From contig JBDRKW010000018.1 in NCBI GenBank assembly GCA_043813585.1, positions 3,352 through 67,351 of the forward strand: a DNA stretch of 64,000 bases, in the 5' to 3' direction. This DNA comes from Candidatus Kerfeldbacteria bacterium. Lineage in GTDB: Bacteria; Patescibacteriota; Patescibacteriia; UBA9570; XYC2-FULL-38-9. The notes beneath the pieces are model-generated. The model worked only from the letters and a program-made list of their open reading frames with translations, was not told the origin of the DNA and did not search any database. This document shows, piece after piece, positions 1-9,140 of the stretch. The translations under genes and the position numbers were made by a program. Positions within the stretch are counted from its first letter, which is position 1. Every line of letters begins with the position of its first letter.

Positions 1-998
1 GCCTCATGCGTCAGGTAAAAACATTCTTTCGGGTCGCCGGGTGCCAGCACGATGCGCGGAAATTCACCCTGTGATGCGCCAAGTACCTGGTTCAAGTCGC
101 CCTGCCCGCCCCATGTCGGCAAACCGGTCGAAGGACCCGGCCGTTGCCCCATGACAACAACGCACGGGGTTTCCGCAATGCCGGCCATGCCTAACGCCTC
201 TGTCATCAGCGCGAACCCGCCGCCGGATGTTGCGGTCATGGAGCGCACGCCGGCAAATCCTGCGCCGATAATCATATTCATTGCCGCGAGCTCGTCTTCT
301 GTCTGTTTCACTACCAGGTTATAATCCTTTTCCTTCTTTGCCAGATAACTCAAAATGTCTGATGACGGCGTCATGGGGTAGGCGGCAAAGAATTTCATGC
401 CGGCCTTAATCGCACCGATCGCGATAGCCGCGTTGCCGGAAATGACAGTTTGCGGCTTGCCCTTCTTCCGCTCCAGCCGATAGCCGAACTGTTCATACTT
501 GCCCGCCACTGCTTCATATCCGGCTTCCGCCTGTTCCATATTTTCGTCCACGAGCTCCGGCTTTTTCTTGCCGAACCAGTCCTGGATCACGCCTTCAAGG
601 TTCTCGAGCGACAAGCCGAGCATCCCGAATGACGCGCCGAGCGCAACAGTGTTCCGCGCAACCTTGTCGACCTCGTGCTCTTTGGCGAACTTTGTCATCT
701 CCACCGGCACCATGATCACATCCTTGCCCTCAACAGACGGCGTTTCGTCGCCCCAGTCATCCGGATCGTAAATAACCGCCGACCCGTCGATCAATTCGTC
801 GATATGCAGGGCAATCGACTCTTTGTTCAGCGCAACAAGAAGATGCACGTCCCGCAGTTGGCTGGTGGCATGCTTGTCATTAACAAAAATCTGGTACGTA
901 TTGTGTCCTCCGCGTATTAACGAGGGATATTCCGGGTAGGCGCAGGTTTTTAACCCTGCACGGGCGCAAACCTTCGAGAAAATCATGCCGGTGGTCAT
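1..998 (-). CDS. 2-oxoacid:ferredoxin oxidoreductase alpha subunit with N-terminal gamma-like domain (partial; continues past window start)
   Basis: Minus-strand translation from ATG at 996-998 gives MTTGMIFSKVCARAGL...RGGHNTYQIF (gamma-like), then ISGNAAIAIGAIKAGMKFFAAYPMTPSSDIL (POR/KOR alpha motif). GGGGAGGG RBS upstream. Not in ORF track because no stop lies inside the window. Confidence 0.7.
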   Translation of the reverse strand, partial: MTTGMIFSKVCARAGLKTCAYPEYPSLIRGGHNTYQIFVNDKHATSQLRDVHLLVALNKESIALHIDELIDGSAVIYDPDDWGDETPSVEGKDVIMVPVEMTKFAKEHEVDKVARNTVALGASFGMLGLSLENLEGVIQDWFGKKKPELVDENMEQAEAGYEAVAGKYEQFGYRLERKKGKPQTVISGNAAIAIGAIKAGMKFFAAYPMTPSSDILSYLAKKEKDYNLVVKQTEDELAAMNMIIGAGFAGVRSMTATSGGGFALMTEALGMAGIAETPCVVVMGQRPGPSTGLPTWGGQGDLNQVLGASQGEFPRIVLAPGDPKECFYLTHE

Positions 999-1124
999 AA
1001 TGCCCTCCCCGGCTGATCCGCCAATTTTCCATTGCATTCTATTGATCACCATGTGCATGATTGTAACAGAAAAACGCCCTTTTTGCGAGCGTTGCAGTGT
1101 GCATGGCGCGTACGGAGGGCTGAA

Positions 1125-1784
1125 TTACCCTGCAATGGAGCGGATGGCATCAAGGGTCAGTCCTTCAAAATCATGTATTTCTTTCGCTGCCCCCGCCAGG
1201 TCCTCCCGTTCGTAAGTGGTGAGCATTGCAACAACGGGTATGCCCGCCAAACGTGCGCTTTCAATGCCGACTGCGGAATCTTCAAACGCCACAACCTCGC
1301 TTGCCTGCAGGCCCAGCTGCTGCATCGCATATTCGTACGGCTCCGGGTGGGGTTTTTTGATTTTCACGTCGTCGCGTCCAACAAGCAGGTCGAAATAGTG
1401 CAGCATATTGGTTGACGTCAGGCGGTCGACAATGTTTGCATGCGTCGTGGAAGAAACAACCGCAAGGCGCAGGCCGCCATCCTTCGCCGCCTTGAGCAGC
1501 GCTTCGGCTCCGGGGACAACCGTTTTTGTAAAATCCAGCTCAGCGCGCGTGATCTCGCTCGCCTTTTGCGTCAGCTCTTCTATCAAGACATCGTCGTCAA
1601 TGCCGCGCGCCGCAAACAGGTGCAGCAGGCGGTCGTAGTAGGTCAGTCCGACGAACGCTTTCATTTCATCTGCGTCAACCGTTTCATTAAAATGCTCCTC
1701 AAAAACGCGCCGCACCACAGACTGGTGCATGTTCTCGGTTTTGTAGAGCGTACCGTCGAGGTCGAAGAGCAGTCCCTTAAGCAT
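1125..1784 (-). CDS. HAD-superfamily hydrolase (beta-phosphoglucomutase-like)
   Basis: N-terminal LLFDLDGTL HAD motif I; 219 aa; ATG start confirmed. Confidence 0.7.
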   Translation of the reverse strand: MLKGLLFDLDGTLYKTENMHQSVVRRVFEEHFNETVDADEMKAFVGLTYYDRLLHLFAARGIDDDVLIEELTQKASEITRAELDFTKTVVPGAEALLKAAKDGGLRLAVVSSTTHANIVDRLTSTNMLHYFDLLVGRDDVKIKKPHPEPYEYAMQQLGLQASEVVAFEDSAVGIESARLAGIPVVAMLTTYEREDLAGAAKEIHDFEGLTLDAIRSIAG

Positions 1785-1847
1785 AGTGATGGAATAGAAT
1801 AGCCGCTCGTCGCGGAAACGGCCGAGCGGCTACAGGCATAATGATAA

Positions 1848-2129
1848 TTAGTGTGCGCTTTCTACAGTAACGTCGCCTTCAATCTTGCACTGGCAGGCCA
1901 GGCGCTGGTTCGGTTCGGCGCCCATCGCGTTGAGCGTCTCTTTTTCGTGCTCTTCAATGTCCGACATGTTGTCTTCACCTTCCACAACGTTAATCAGGCA
2001 GGTTCCGCAGACGCCCTGCTCGCACCCGAACGGAATATTGGAGCCGACTTCCTCGGCAGTCTCCTTCAGGCTTGCGCCGAATTCAACATCCATCTCGAGA
2101 TCATCGTCCTTGAATCGTACCGTAGGCAT
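1848..2129 (-). CDS. 2Fe-2S ferredoxin (plant-type)
   Basis: CEQGVCGTC...C...C cluster motif. Start taken at internal ATG (MPTVRF) downstream of a good TTGCGC-16-TATAAT promoter; the longer ORF has no support. Confidence 0.65.
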   Translation of the reverse strand: MPTVRFKDDDLEMDVEFGASLKETAEEVGSNIPFGCEQGVCGTCLINVVEGEDNMSDIEEHEKETLNAMGAEPNQRLACQCKIEGDVTVESAH

Positions 2130-2159
2130 TTTTGTTTCGCGTAATTTTAAATCGGCCTC

Positions 2160-2187
2160 ATTATAGCACGCATGTTTCTTGGCGCAA
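2160..2187 (-). promoter_or_regulatory. sigma70-like promoter for ferredoxin gene
   Basis: Minus-strand TTGCGC -16 nt- TATAAT about 30 nt upstream of ATG. Confidence 0.45.
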
Positions 2188-2275
2188 GAACTATCCACAG
2201 GCCGTTGTGTATTGCCCGCGGACATTGACTTTTCTGTACCGGTTCGCTAGACTGCACTAGCATTTTTTTGCGTGA

Positions 2276-2349
2276 GCGCCCGTAGCTCAATTGGATAGAG
2301 CGCTTGGCTTCGGACCAAGAGGTTCTGGGTTCGACTCCTGGCGGGCGCA
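2276..2349 (+). tRNA. tRNA-Arg (anticodon TCG)
   Basis: Cloverleaf folded by hand: 7-bp acceptor, GTAGCTCAATTGGATAGAGC D-arm, perfect anticodon stem CTTGG/CCAAG with loop CTTCGGA, GGTTCGACTCC T-arm. Confidence 0.65.
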
Positions 2350-2373
2350 CATCCAAGGCATCTGCAATCGCAT

Positions 2374-2445
2374 GCCCAGGTCGTTCAACGGATAGGACGC
2401 TGGCCTCCGGAGCTGGAAATGCAGGTTCGATTCCTGCCTTGGGCA
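2374..2445 (+). tRNA. tRNA-Arg (anticodon CCG)
   Basis: Acceptor GCCCAGG/CTTGGGC, loop CTCCGGA as in E. coli Arg-CCG tRNA, TTCGATT T-loop. Anticodon stem has two G-U pairs. Confidence 0.5.
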
Positions 2446-2454
2446 CAAACACAG

Positions 2455-2527
2455 GGGCGCATAGCTCAGCTGGTAGAGCAGTTGGCTCTTAACCAATTTG
2501 TCGGGGGTTCGAATCCCTCTGCGCCCA
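2455..2527 (+). tRNA. tRNA-Lys (anticodon CTT)
   Basis: GGGCGCATAGCTCAGCTGGTAGAGCAGTTGGCTCTTAACCAAT...GGTTCGAATCC; close to the canonical Lys tRNA layout. Confidence 0.8.
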
Positions 2528-2532
2528 CAAAA

Positions 2533-2565
2533 AGAAAACAGCCCCTTTAGGGGTTGTTTTCTTTT
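2533..2565 (+). terminator. rho-independent terminator after tRNA cluster
   Basis: AACAGCCCC-TTTA-GGGGTTGTT hairpin followed by a T-run. Confidence 0.6.
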
Positions 2566-2684
2566 TTATGAGTTCATGCGGAGGGATGAGAACCGAAGGT
2601 TCGGGCGCCGAGCGAGCGAAGAAGCACAAACGCGTTTGTATTTCTGAGCGAGCGCTGGCGCAAGCGGGAGCGCAGCGACTGCGC

Positions 2685-2701
2685 ATCCCTCTGCGCCCAC
2701 A
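2685..2701 (+). repeat. 17-nt exact direct repeat of the tRNA-Lys 3' end (ATCCCTCTGCGCCCACA; first copy 2513-2529)
   Basis: Exact duplication 172 bp downstream, each copy followed by its own hairpin+T-run (2533-2565, 2708-2742); attL/attR-like scar. Confidence 0.6.
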
Positions 2702-2773
2702 TCTAAAGAAAAGCGTTCCCTTCTGGGAGCGTTTTTCTTTTTGACGAGAATGCATAGAGGGATATGAACCCGG

Positions 2774-4543
2774 CTATTGCATCTGTTTTTGGTACTCGTC
2801 CCAGAGCTCCTTGAACTCCGGTGAAGTTGAGAGCAGCTGGTCTGACGTGCCCGAGGCAATCACCCTGCCGTTATCGAACATATACACGCGGTCAAACAGC
2901 GCCAGCAGGTGCAGCCGATGCACGGAAGCGATAATTGTCTTAGTTGGGTACTGCTCAAACACGTTCCTGAAGATCTTCAGCTCATTCATCGCGTCCACAC
3001 TGCTGGTCGGCTCGTCCATAAGCACAATCTCCTTATCTTCCGAAGCCATCAGCCCGCGCGCCAAGGCCAGCCGCTGCTTCTCGCCGCCGGATAGGTTGAC
3101 GCCCCTCTCCACTATTGAAGAATCAAAACCATTCGGCAGCCCCTCGGCAACACGAGTAAACTCCGCCAAGTCGGTAAACCGGTGCACCTCCTTCATGGTG
3201 CGCGCAATACCCATAGTGATGTTGTTCTTGATAGTTGCGGTGAAAATCTCCGGATCCTGTGGAATCAGCGCAATCGAATCGCTTATCGACTCAAACCCAT
3301 CCTCCGTCTCGTCCCCGTCAACACACACAGTGACGCTCTGCGGAATGTACAGCCCCCGGATCAGCTTGAGCATGGTCGTCTTACCGCTGCCGCTCTCTCC
3401 GATGAATGCGATCTTCTCGCCGTGACGGATATCCATGGACACGCCGTCGATGTGCACATCGCCCTCTTCGCCTTCATACGAAAACTGGCAGTCCTGAATG
3501 CCCAGCGTCTTCCAGTCCTGGTCGACACGCACCTGTTTGATCCTTTTCATCTTTACAAAGTCATCGGAAAGTTCTTCGGCATTGGAAATCTGCGTCTTGT
3601 ACTTGACCCGCTCGCCGTAGACGTATGCGAACCGGTAAAAGCCCTCGGTTGCGCGCATCAGGTAGCCGAACAGCGCATAGACGGTCCCTACCAGCAGCAC
3701 CGTGCCTGCGGAAATGCTCTGCCACAGGTACAGCGCCATGATGCAGAACAGCATCAGCGAACTCGTGAGCGTGACCAGGAACCATTTTGTCTCGCTCATC
3801 GCCTGGTTCCGTATGAATAGTTTGAGCGGCTTGAACATGGTTTTTACGATGTCTGACAGCACCACCTTCTGGATGCGCAGGATGATAATCGTGGTGATAT
3901 TGCTGATCGTGTCGTAGACCTTTGCGGTGATCTGGTTTTCAAACCGAAGCAGGATGCGCAGCTGGCGGATAAGCACGCGGTCAAACAGAACAATCATGGT
4001 CATGATTACAACGATAAACCCGACAAGCGTCAGGCCTGAGGTGAAACTGAACCAGAACAGGATAGCAATCGCGCCGGTGAACCGGATTCCCAGATCGGTC
4101 AGCTCAAACACCTGGCTGCCGAAATCATAGGTTGCGTGGGCGCCTTTTTCCACCTTATCGATCGTATCCCCGGAATGGTGGTCCGTATGCCACTCGGCCG
4201 GCAGCGCCAGCACGCCGCCCAGCAGGTGCTTGCGCACATTCAGCCGGGCCAGGAACGCGTTGCGGTGCTCCATCACGCGCGACGGGCCGTGGAATACCCA
4301 GAACGCCAAACCGATCGCGACGAACGCGCCAAGCCAGAAAAGGATCGCCCCATAGGATTCGCTCGTTACGCCCTGCTCCTGAACGATATTGAGAATCTGG
4401 GCTGTGATCAGCGGCTCCGCCAGGTTAATTGCGTTCGCGATGAGCGAAAGAACGATAAACAATACAAAATGCCGCCGGTTGCCTTCGGAGAAGCGCCACA
4501 GGTGTTTGAATAGATATGATATTGGGTCGTTGAACAGTTTCAT
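2774..4543 (-). CDS. ABC transporter, fused permease/ATP-binding (exporter type)
   Basis: Six predicted TM helices, then Walker A GESGSGKTT, signature LSGGEKQR, Walker B LMDEPTS. Start set at internal ATG (MKLFNDPISY); the 91-aa upstream extension of the listed ORF overlaps the tRNA-repeat region and is rejected. Confidence 0.8.
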   Translation of the reverse strand: MKLFNDPISYLFKHLWRFSEGNRRHFVLFIVLSLIANAINLAEPLITAQILNIVQEQGVTSESYGAILFWLGAFVAIGLAFWVFHGPSRVMEHRNAFLARLNVRKHLLGGVLALPAEWHTDHHSGDTIDKVEKGAHATYDFGSQVFELTDLGIRFTGAIAILFWFSFTSGLTLVGFIVVIMTMIVLFDRVLIRQLRILLRFENQITAKVYDTISNITTIIILRIQKVVLSDIVKTMFKPLKLFIRNQAMSETKWFLVTLTSSLMLFCIMALYLWQSISAGTVLLVGTVYALFGYLMRATEGFYRFAYVYGERVKYKTQISNAEELSDDFVKMKRIKQVRVDQDWKTLGIQDCQFSYEGEEGDVHIDGVSMDIRHGEKIAFIGESGSGKTTMLKLIRGLYIPQSVTVCVDGDETEDGFESISDSIALIPQDPEIFTATIKNNITMGIARTMKEVHRFTDLAEFTRVAEGLPNGFDSSIVERGVNLSGGEKQRLALARGLMASEDKEIVLMDEPTSSVDAMNELKIFRNVFEQYPTKTIIASVHRLHLLALFDRVYMFDNGRVIASGTSDQLLSTSPEFKELWDEYQKQMQ

Positions 4544-4564
4544 AACGCGAGAAAGATTATAAAC

Positions 4565-4588
4565 GAAAAAGCCGTGTTTGTCACGGCC
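4565..4588 (-). terminator. terminator downstream of hup
   Basis: GCCGTG-TTTGT-CACGGC hairpin with a T-run on the minus strand. Confidence 0.5.
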
Positions 4589-4607
4589 TTTCCTTGTAAT
4601 CGATGAA

Positions 4608-4955
4608 TTACGCTTCCGGAGAAGCCGTGGGAGGTTCAGGTTCTGAAGGTGCTGCAGGAGCAGGTTTCTGCGCAGGCGATTGTTTGAGCGCATCTTTAAG
4701 CGCCTTGCCTGCCTTGAATTTAGGGATGGTGACAGACGGAATCTGGATCCGCTGCGAAGGATTTTGGGGGTCCACACCCATGCGGGCTGACCGGAACTTC
4801 GGCATAAACGCCCCAAAGCCCGTAATGGTCACCTCTTCACCTTTTTTTAGTGTTTCGGTAACCGTGTTCACGAACGATTCCAAAAAATCTTCGGCCTGTT
4901 TTTTAGACATGCCTGTTTTTTCGGCGATTGTTTCTGCAAGTAGTGCTTTGTTCAT
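4608..4955 (-). CDS. hup: DNA-binding protein HU with P/A-rich C-terminal tail
   Basis: MNKALLAETIAEKTG...GFGAF...RNPQT HU fold motifs. ATG at 4953-4955 with AAGGGGG RBS (listed ORF begins at an upstream GTG). Tail ...AQKPAPAAPSEPEPPTASPEA. Confidence 0.8.
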   Translation of the reverse strand: MNKALLAETIAEKTGMSKKQAEDFLESFVNTVTETLKKGEEVTITGFGAFMPKFRSARMGVDPQNPSQRIQIPSVTIPKFKAGKALKDALKQSPAQKPAPAAPSEPEPPTASPEA

Positions 4956-5001
4956 GGTTGACACCCCCTTTCAAATCTTCTTTTTGGCTAATGTCAGTAT
5001 A

Positions 5002-5796
5002 TTACAACGCCACAATGCGGTCAATTCGTTCGATCGAAACCGCCTTGCGGGCCGTTTCATCGATATTGACCGCCACGCCCTGCACCACGCCGCTGTCTAC
5101 ATCAGTTGGAGGCTCCAAATGTATCTCAATTTGCTGTGCAACCTTCTTGATTGCGAGCTGTTTGTTCATTCCGATGGAAGAATCCACCGCTCCGCACATG
5201 CCAAGGTCGGTAATATACCCTGTTCCCTTTGGCATGATCTGTTCATCAGCCGTGGGAACGTGGGTATGCGTCCCCACAACCAGGGTTGCGCGGCCGTCAA
5301 CATACCAGCTGAAGCAGCGCTTCTCTCCGGTGGCTTCTGCATGAAGGTCAACGATCGTGATCGCCTCCATGCCGTGCTCCCTGTAGATCTGGTCAAACAC
5401 GTCAAACGGAGAACGCACCTCGTCATCGGTGGTAAACGCCTGGCCGATCAGGTTGATCAGCACCACAGGCGCACCGTTCACTGTTGTAGCCACCAGTTCG
5501 CGGCCCGGCATCTTTTGCACATAGTTGGCGGGCACGGCAATATAGTCCGGATCCGTGTCCAGCAGCTCAACGCCGCGCACGTTCTTCCATACATGGTTGC
5601 CTGCAGTGAATAGGTCCACTCCCGCATCGCGCAGGCCGTCAATGACATCTGGCGTAATGCCGAAGCCGTGTGCCGCATTTTCCGCATTCGCTATCACAAG
5701 GTCTGCGCCGAACTCTTCGCGCAGGCCCGGCAATATGGTCTGCAGCGCAACACGGCCGGGCCTGCCGACAATGTCACCGAAGAAGAGCACGTTCAT
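5002..5796 (-). CDS. ymdB: YmdB-like metallophosphoesterase (2',3'-cyclic-nucleotide phosphodiesterase family)
   Basis: MNVLFFGDIVGRPGR N-terminus and GNHVW, typical of YmdB. Lies immediately downstream of rny, as in Bacillus. Confidence 0.75.
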   Translation of the reverse strand: MNVLFFGDIVGRPGRVALQTILPGLREEFGADLVIANAENAAHGFGITPDVIDGLRDAGVDLFTAGNHVWKNVRGVELLDTDPDYIAVPANYVQKMPGRELVATTVNGAPVVLINLIGQAFTTDDEVRSPFDVFDQIYREHGMEAITIVDLHAEATGEKRCFSWYVDGRATLVVGTHTHVPTADEQIMPKGTGYITDLGMCGAVDSSIGMNKQLAIKKVAQQIEIHLEPPTDVDSGVVQGVAVNIDETARKAVSIERIDRIVAL

Positions 5797-5805
5797 ATGC
5801 GTACG

Positions 5806-7320
5806 TTAGCGCGCGTACTCGATAATGCGCGTCTCGCGGATCACGTTCACTTTGATCTCCCCCGGATATTTCAATTCTTCTTCAATCTTTTTTGCTACGT
5901 TCTTGGCCAGCTGATGTGCGGCAAAGTCATCAATCTTGCCCGGCTCAACGAATACGCGGACCTCGCGGCCTGCCTGGATTGCATACACTTTCTGAACGCC
6001 CTCAAACGCCTTGGCTGTCTTCTCCAGTTCTTCGAGGCGCTGGATATACTGTTCGTACGTGTCTTTGCGCGCGCCCGGACGGCCGCCGGAAATGGTGTCG
6101 GCAACCTTCACGATGACCGCTTCAATGGAAGGCGGGGCATCATCATGGTGGCAGAACGCCGCGTCAGACATCTCCTGGGAGAAACCGAACTTGCGGCCGA
6201 CATCGCGGCCGATATCCGGATGCGTTCCCTGGATCTCGTGGTCCAGCGCCTTTCCGATATCATGGAACAGGCCGGCTTTCTTGCAGAGTGTTGCGTCTGC
6301 GCCCAGTTCTTCGGCAATCAGCGCGGCCAGGTGCGCAACTTCAATAGAGTGGCGCAACACGTTCTGGCCATAGCTTGTGCGGTAGCGCAGGCGTCCCAGC
6401 AGCTGTGTCATCTTCGGGTCAATGCCTGCAAGGCCTGTTTCATACAGCGCTTCCTCGCCGGCTTTTTTGATTTCCTTGGACAGTTCTTTCCGCGCCTGCT
6501 CAACCGTCTCTTCAATCTTGGTTGGATGAATTCGGCCGTCCTGAATCAGCTTCTCGAGTGCCCGTTTTGCCAGGTGGCGGCGGATCGGGGAGAACGCAGA
6601 GATCAAAATCGTCTCCGGCGTGTCGTCAACAATAACCTCAACGCCGGTGAGTTCCTCCAGGCTCTTGATGTTCCGGCCTTCGCGGCCGATAATGCGGCCT
6701 TTCATCTCGTCAGAAGGCAGCGCCAGGACCGTTGAGGTCGTTTCTGCCGCATGCGACAGGCTGCACCGCTGAATCGCTTCGGTCAGGATGCGCTTTGCAG
6801 TCTCGTCATACACTTCAGACGATTCCTGCTGCAGCTTCTGCACGCGCGACGCGAGCGATTCGCCCATCTCTTTCTCCACATTGTTCAGCAGGACTTCTTT
6901 TGCCTGCTCGCGATTGAGCTCGGCAATCTTTTCCAGCTTCTCCATCTGCACTTTTTTGATTTCGAGGAGTTTCTTTTTTGCCCGATGGATGTCTTCGTTC
7001 TGTTGCTGTACGTCCTCTTTCTGTTGTTCAAGCTCCATCAGCTTTTTATCGAACATCGTTTCGCGCTTCTCAAGACGATCCTGCATCTTCAGGACCTCTC
7101 CGCGGCGCTGCTGTTCTTCCTTCTTCGCTTCGTCAATAACCTGCAGCGCCTTGTCTTTGGATTCGAGCAGGATTTCCTGCTGCTTGACTTTCGCCTCCTT
7201 AACCATCCGGGTGGCCTTTGCTTCTGCAGAGTTTTTGGCAGCCTTTGCCTTCAATTGGCGTGCGAGCCATCCGGCTCCGATGCCAACCACCAGCGCAACT
7301 GCTCCAATTACAATTTCCAT
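5806..7320 (-). CDS. rny: ribonuclease Y
   Basis: N-terminal TM helix, long coiled coil, KH (GRIIGREGRNIKSLEELTG) and HD (HSIEVAHLAALIAEELG...HDIGKA) domains. Confidence 0.9.
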   Translation of the reverse strand: MEIVIGAVALVVGIGAGWLARQLKAKAAKNSAEAKATRMVKEAKVKQQEILLESKDKALQVIDEAKKEEQQRRGEVLKMQDRLEKRETMFDKKLMELEQQKEDVQQQNEDIHRAKKKLLEIKKVQMEKLEKIAELNREQAKEVLLNNVEKEMGESLASRVQKLQQESSEVYDETAKRILTEAIQRCSLSHAAETTSTVLALPSDEMKGRIIGREGRNIKSLEELTGVEVIVDDTPETILISAFSPIRRHLAKRALEKLIQDGRIHPTKIEETVEQARKELSKEIKKAGEEALYETGLAGIDPKMTQLLGRLRYRTSYGQNVLRHSIEVAHLAALIAEELGADATLCKKAGLFHDIGKALDHEIQGTHPDIGRDVGRKFGFSQEMSDAAFCHHDDAPPSIEAVIVKVADTISGGRPGARKDTYEQYIQRLEELEKTAKAFEGVQKVYAIQAGREVRVFVEPGKIDDFAAHQLAKNVAKKIEEELKYPGEIKVNVIRETRIIEYAR

Positions 7321-7567
7321 ACGTGTATCCCTTCGTATGGCGATAATCAGGCTAACCGCTGCACCAGAAACGTAGCGTTCTCCTTGAAGAACTCCCTACG
7401 TAAAAAATGAGAACTAATTATGGTGTGTTATTCACTTGATTCGAGTGAAATAGCCAAGTTACAACCCCTCTGGTCAACCAGTACAGCCAATCAACGATTA
7501 TCGCCTTAGATATTAATTAATGTATTCGTAGTGTAGCCACTTGGCTTGCGGCCGTCAAGAAAACAAA

Positions 7568-7595
7568 CAAAAAACCCCCATTTTGCGGGGGTTTT
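7568..7595 (-). terminator. bidirectional hairpin terminator
   Basis: CCCCC-ATTTTGC-GGGGG with A/T runs on both sides; sits after the clpP-DUF62 unit. Confidence 0.5.
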
Positions 7596-7614
7596 GATAT
7601 GTACGTCGCCCTGA

Positions 7615-8517
7615 TTATAATTTTTGCTGGAGATTGATCCAAAATTGGTTGCCTGCGCGGGCCTGGATAGTTTTTGCGGCGTCGCCCTGCACCACGGCAA
7701 TTTCGAGCGTTCCCCACGAGCCCATATACCCCACCAGCGTGCCTTTTTCGACATCGTCGAACGTGCGCACCATGGTGAATTCGTATACGCCGGACAGAAC
7801 CTGCAGGATATACCGCTGGCCAATTTCCAGACCTTCGAGAGAATGGATGAGCGACTTCAGGTTGCCGAATCCGTCGCGGTGAACAAAGGTATTTGGGGAG
7901 ATCTCCAGGTCAATCAGCTTGTCCGGATTCATTTTTTTCCCGAGCTTTTCAAACGGTATGCCGGCAACCAGGCGCCCCGCATTCTTCGCAAAGACGTCGC
8001 GGCCGTGGAACGTTGACGAAGGCCCTTCTGTGGTTGGGAGCTGGACGCAGCCGGTAACTTCATTTTCCAGCATCGCCGGATAGAACAGCCCGTTGTCCGG
8101 ACCGATAAGATAGACGTCGCCGCCGGTTTTATGGTGTTTTACCCGGATGCAAACGCACAGCCGGTCCGAGCCCACGCCCGGATCGATCACGCCGACGTGG
8201 ACATGCGGCGTCGGGTAGTAGCGCACGACCTCGCGAATCGCAAAGCCGCCTTCAATAATATTAAACGGGTCGATCATATCTGTAATGATCTCGACGCTAG
8301 CCGCCGCATGATGCGATTTGATCATGCCGACCATCTGGCCGGTTGGGAGGCTTTCCTGGAAGTCAGTCGTAATCGTGGCGCCCATGACCGGAAACTCCGG
8401 CCGCTTCATATCAACGATCGATTTCAGCTTGCCGCCTTCGGCAGAAGGTGTGCCGCGTTTCAACTTTGATCCCGGGTGGGAAATGGGTTTGCGTTTGGCT
8501 TTCTTTTTTGCTGGCAT
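7615..8517 (-). CDS. SAM hydroxide adenosyltransferase family protein (DUF62; chlorinase/fluorinase-like fold)
   Basis: TTDFQ...HVGVIDPGVGS...DNGL motifs. Lys-rich 44-aa N-terminal extension. A more likely start is the internal ATG at 8385 (MGATITTDF), which has a GGAG 9 nt upstream. Confidence 0.7.
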   Translation of the reverse strand: MPAKKKAKRKPISHPGSKLKRGTPSAEGGKLKSIVDMKRPEFPVMGATITTDFQESLPTGQMVGMIKSHHAAASVEIITDMIDPFNIIEGGFAIREVVRYYPTPHVHVGVIDPGVGSDRLCVCIRVKHHKTGGDVYLIGPDNGLFYPAMLENEVTGCVQLPTTEGPSSTFHGRDVFAKNAGRLVAGIPFEKLGKKMNPDKLIDLEISPNTFVHRDGFGNLKSLIHSLEGLEIGQRYILQVLSGVYEFTMVRTFDDVEKGTLVGYMGSWGTLEIAVVQGDAAKTIQARAGNQFWINLQQKL

Positions 8518-8525
8518 GGGTACGT

Positions 8526-9134
8526 TTATTTGATGATTTTATCGATAATGCCGTATTTCTTCGCGTCATCAGCCGACATGAAGAAATCGCGGTCTGAATC
8601 TTGTTCAATTTGCGAGAGCGGCTGGCCGGTGTGGCTCGCAAGGATCTTATTCAACCGGTCTTTTACCTTTAATATATGCTCGGCTGCAATTTTAATATCC
8701 GCGGCCTGGCCTTCCGCGCCGCCCATCACCTGGTGGATCATCATTTCTGCGTTCGGCAGGGCAAAGCGCTTGCCTTTTGCGCCGGCGGCAAGCAGTGTTG
8801 CGCCCATGGATGCCGCGATACCCACACAGATGGTGGAAACATCCGGCTTAATGTATCGCATCGTGTCATAAATGGCCATGCCGCCAGTTACTGAACCGCC
8901 TGGCGAGTTGATATATATTTTAATGTCCTTTTCCGAGTCCTGCGATTCCAAAAACAACAGCTGCGCGATGATCGTGTTCGCAACACCGTCGTCAATCGGC
9001 GAACCGAGGAAAATAATCCGCTCCTTTAACAGGCGCGAATAGATATCATACGCCCGCTCGCCGTATTGCGATTTTTCAATCACGGTCGGGATGAGGTATG
9101 AATTATTCATTTCTTCGTTTTTTGCGTCGTTCAT
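8526..9134 (-). CDS. clpP: ATP-dependent Clp protease proteolytic subunit
   Basis: [20 protein letters not shown] active-site Ser region; 202 aa. Confidence 0.9.
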   Translation of the reverse strand: MNDAKNEEMNNSYLIPTVIEKSQYGERAYDIYSRLLKERIIFLGSPIDDGVANTIIAQLLFLESQDSEKDIKIYINSPGGSVTGGMAIYDTMRYIKPDVSTICVGIAASMGATLLAAGAKGKRFALPNAEMMIHQVMGGAEGQAADIKIAAEHILKVKDRLNKILASHTGQPLSQIEQDSDRDFFMSADDAKKYGIIDKIIK

Positions 9135-9140
9135 GATGGT

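Noticed and set aside
2774-4816. Long 680-aa version of the ABC transporter ORF
   Set aside because: The first 91 codons run through the tRNA-Lys repeat/terminator region and are Arg/Ser/Leu-rich with no TM or ABC features. A canonical exporter N-terminus starts at the ATG at 4543.
5668-6735. 355-aa + strand ORF antisense to rny (and similar antisense ORFs 31801-32703 vs nusA, 55713-56462 vs hydA, 24475-25119 vs oadB, 33742-34413 vs hppA, 10575-11616 vs infB)
   Set aside because: All lie entirely inside well-supported genes on the other strand, lack start signals and give compositionally odd proteins. Treated as shadow ORFs.
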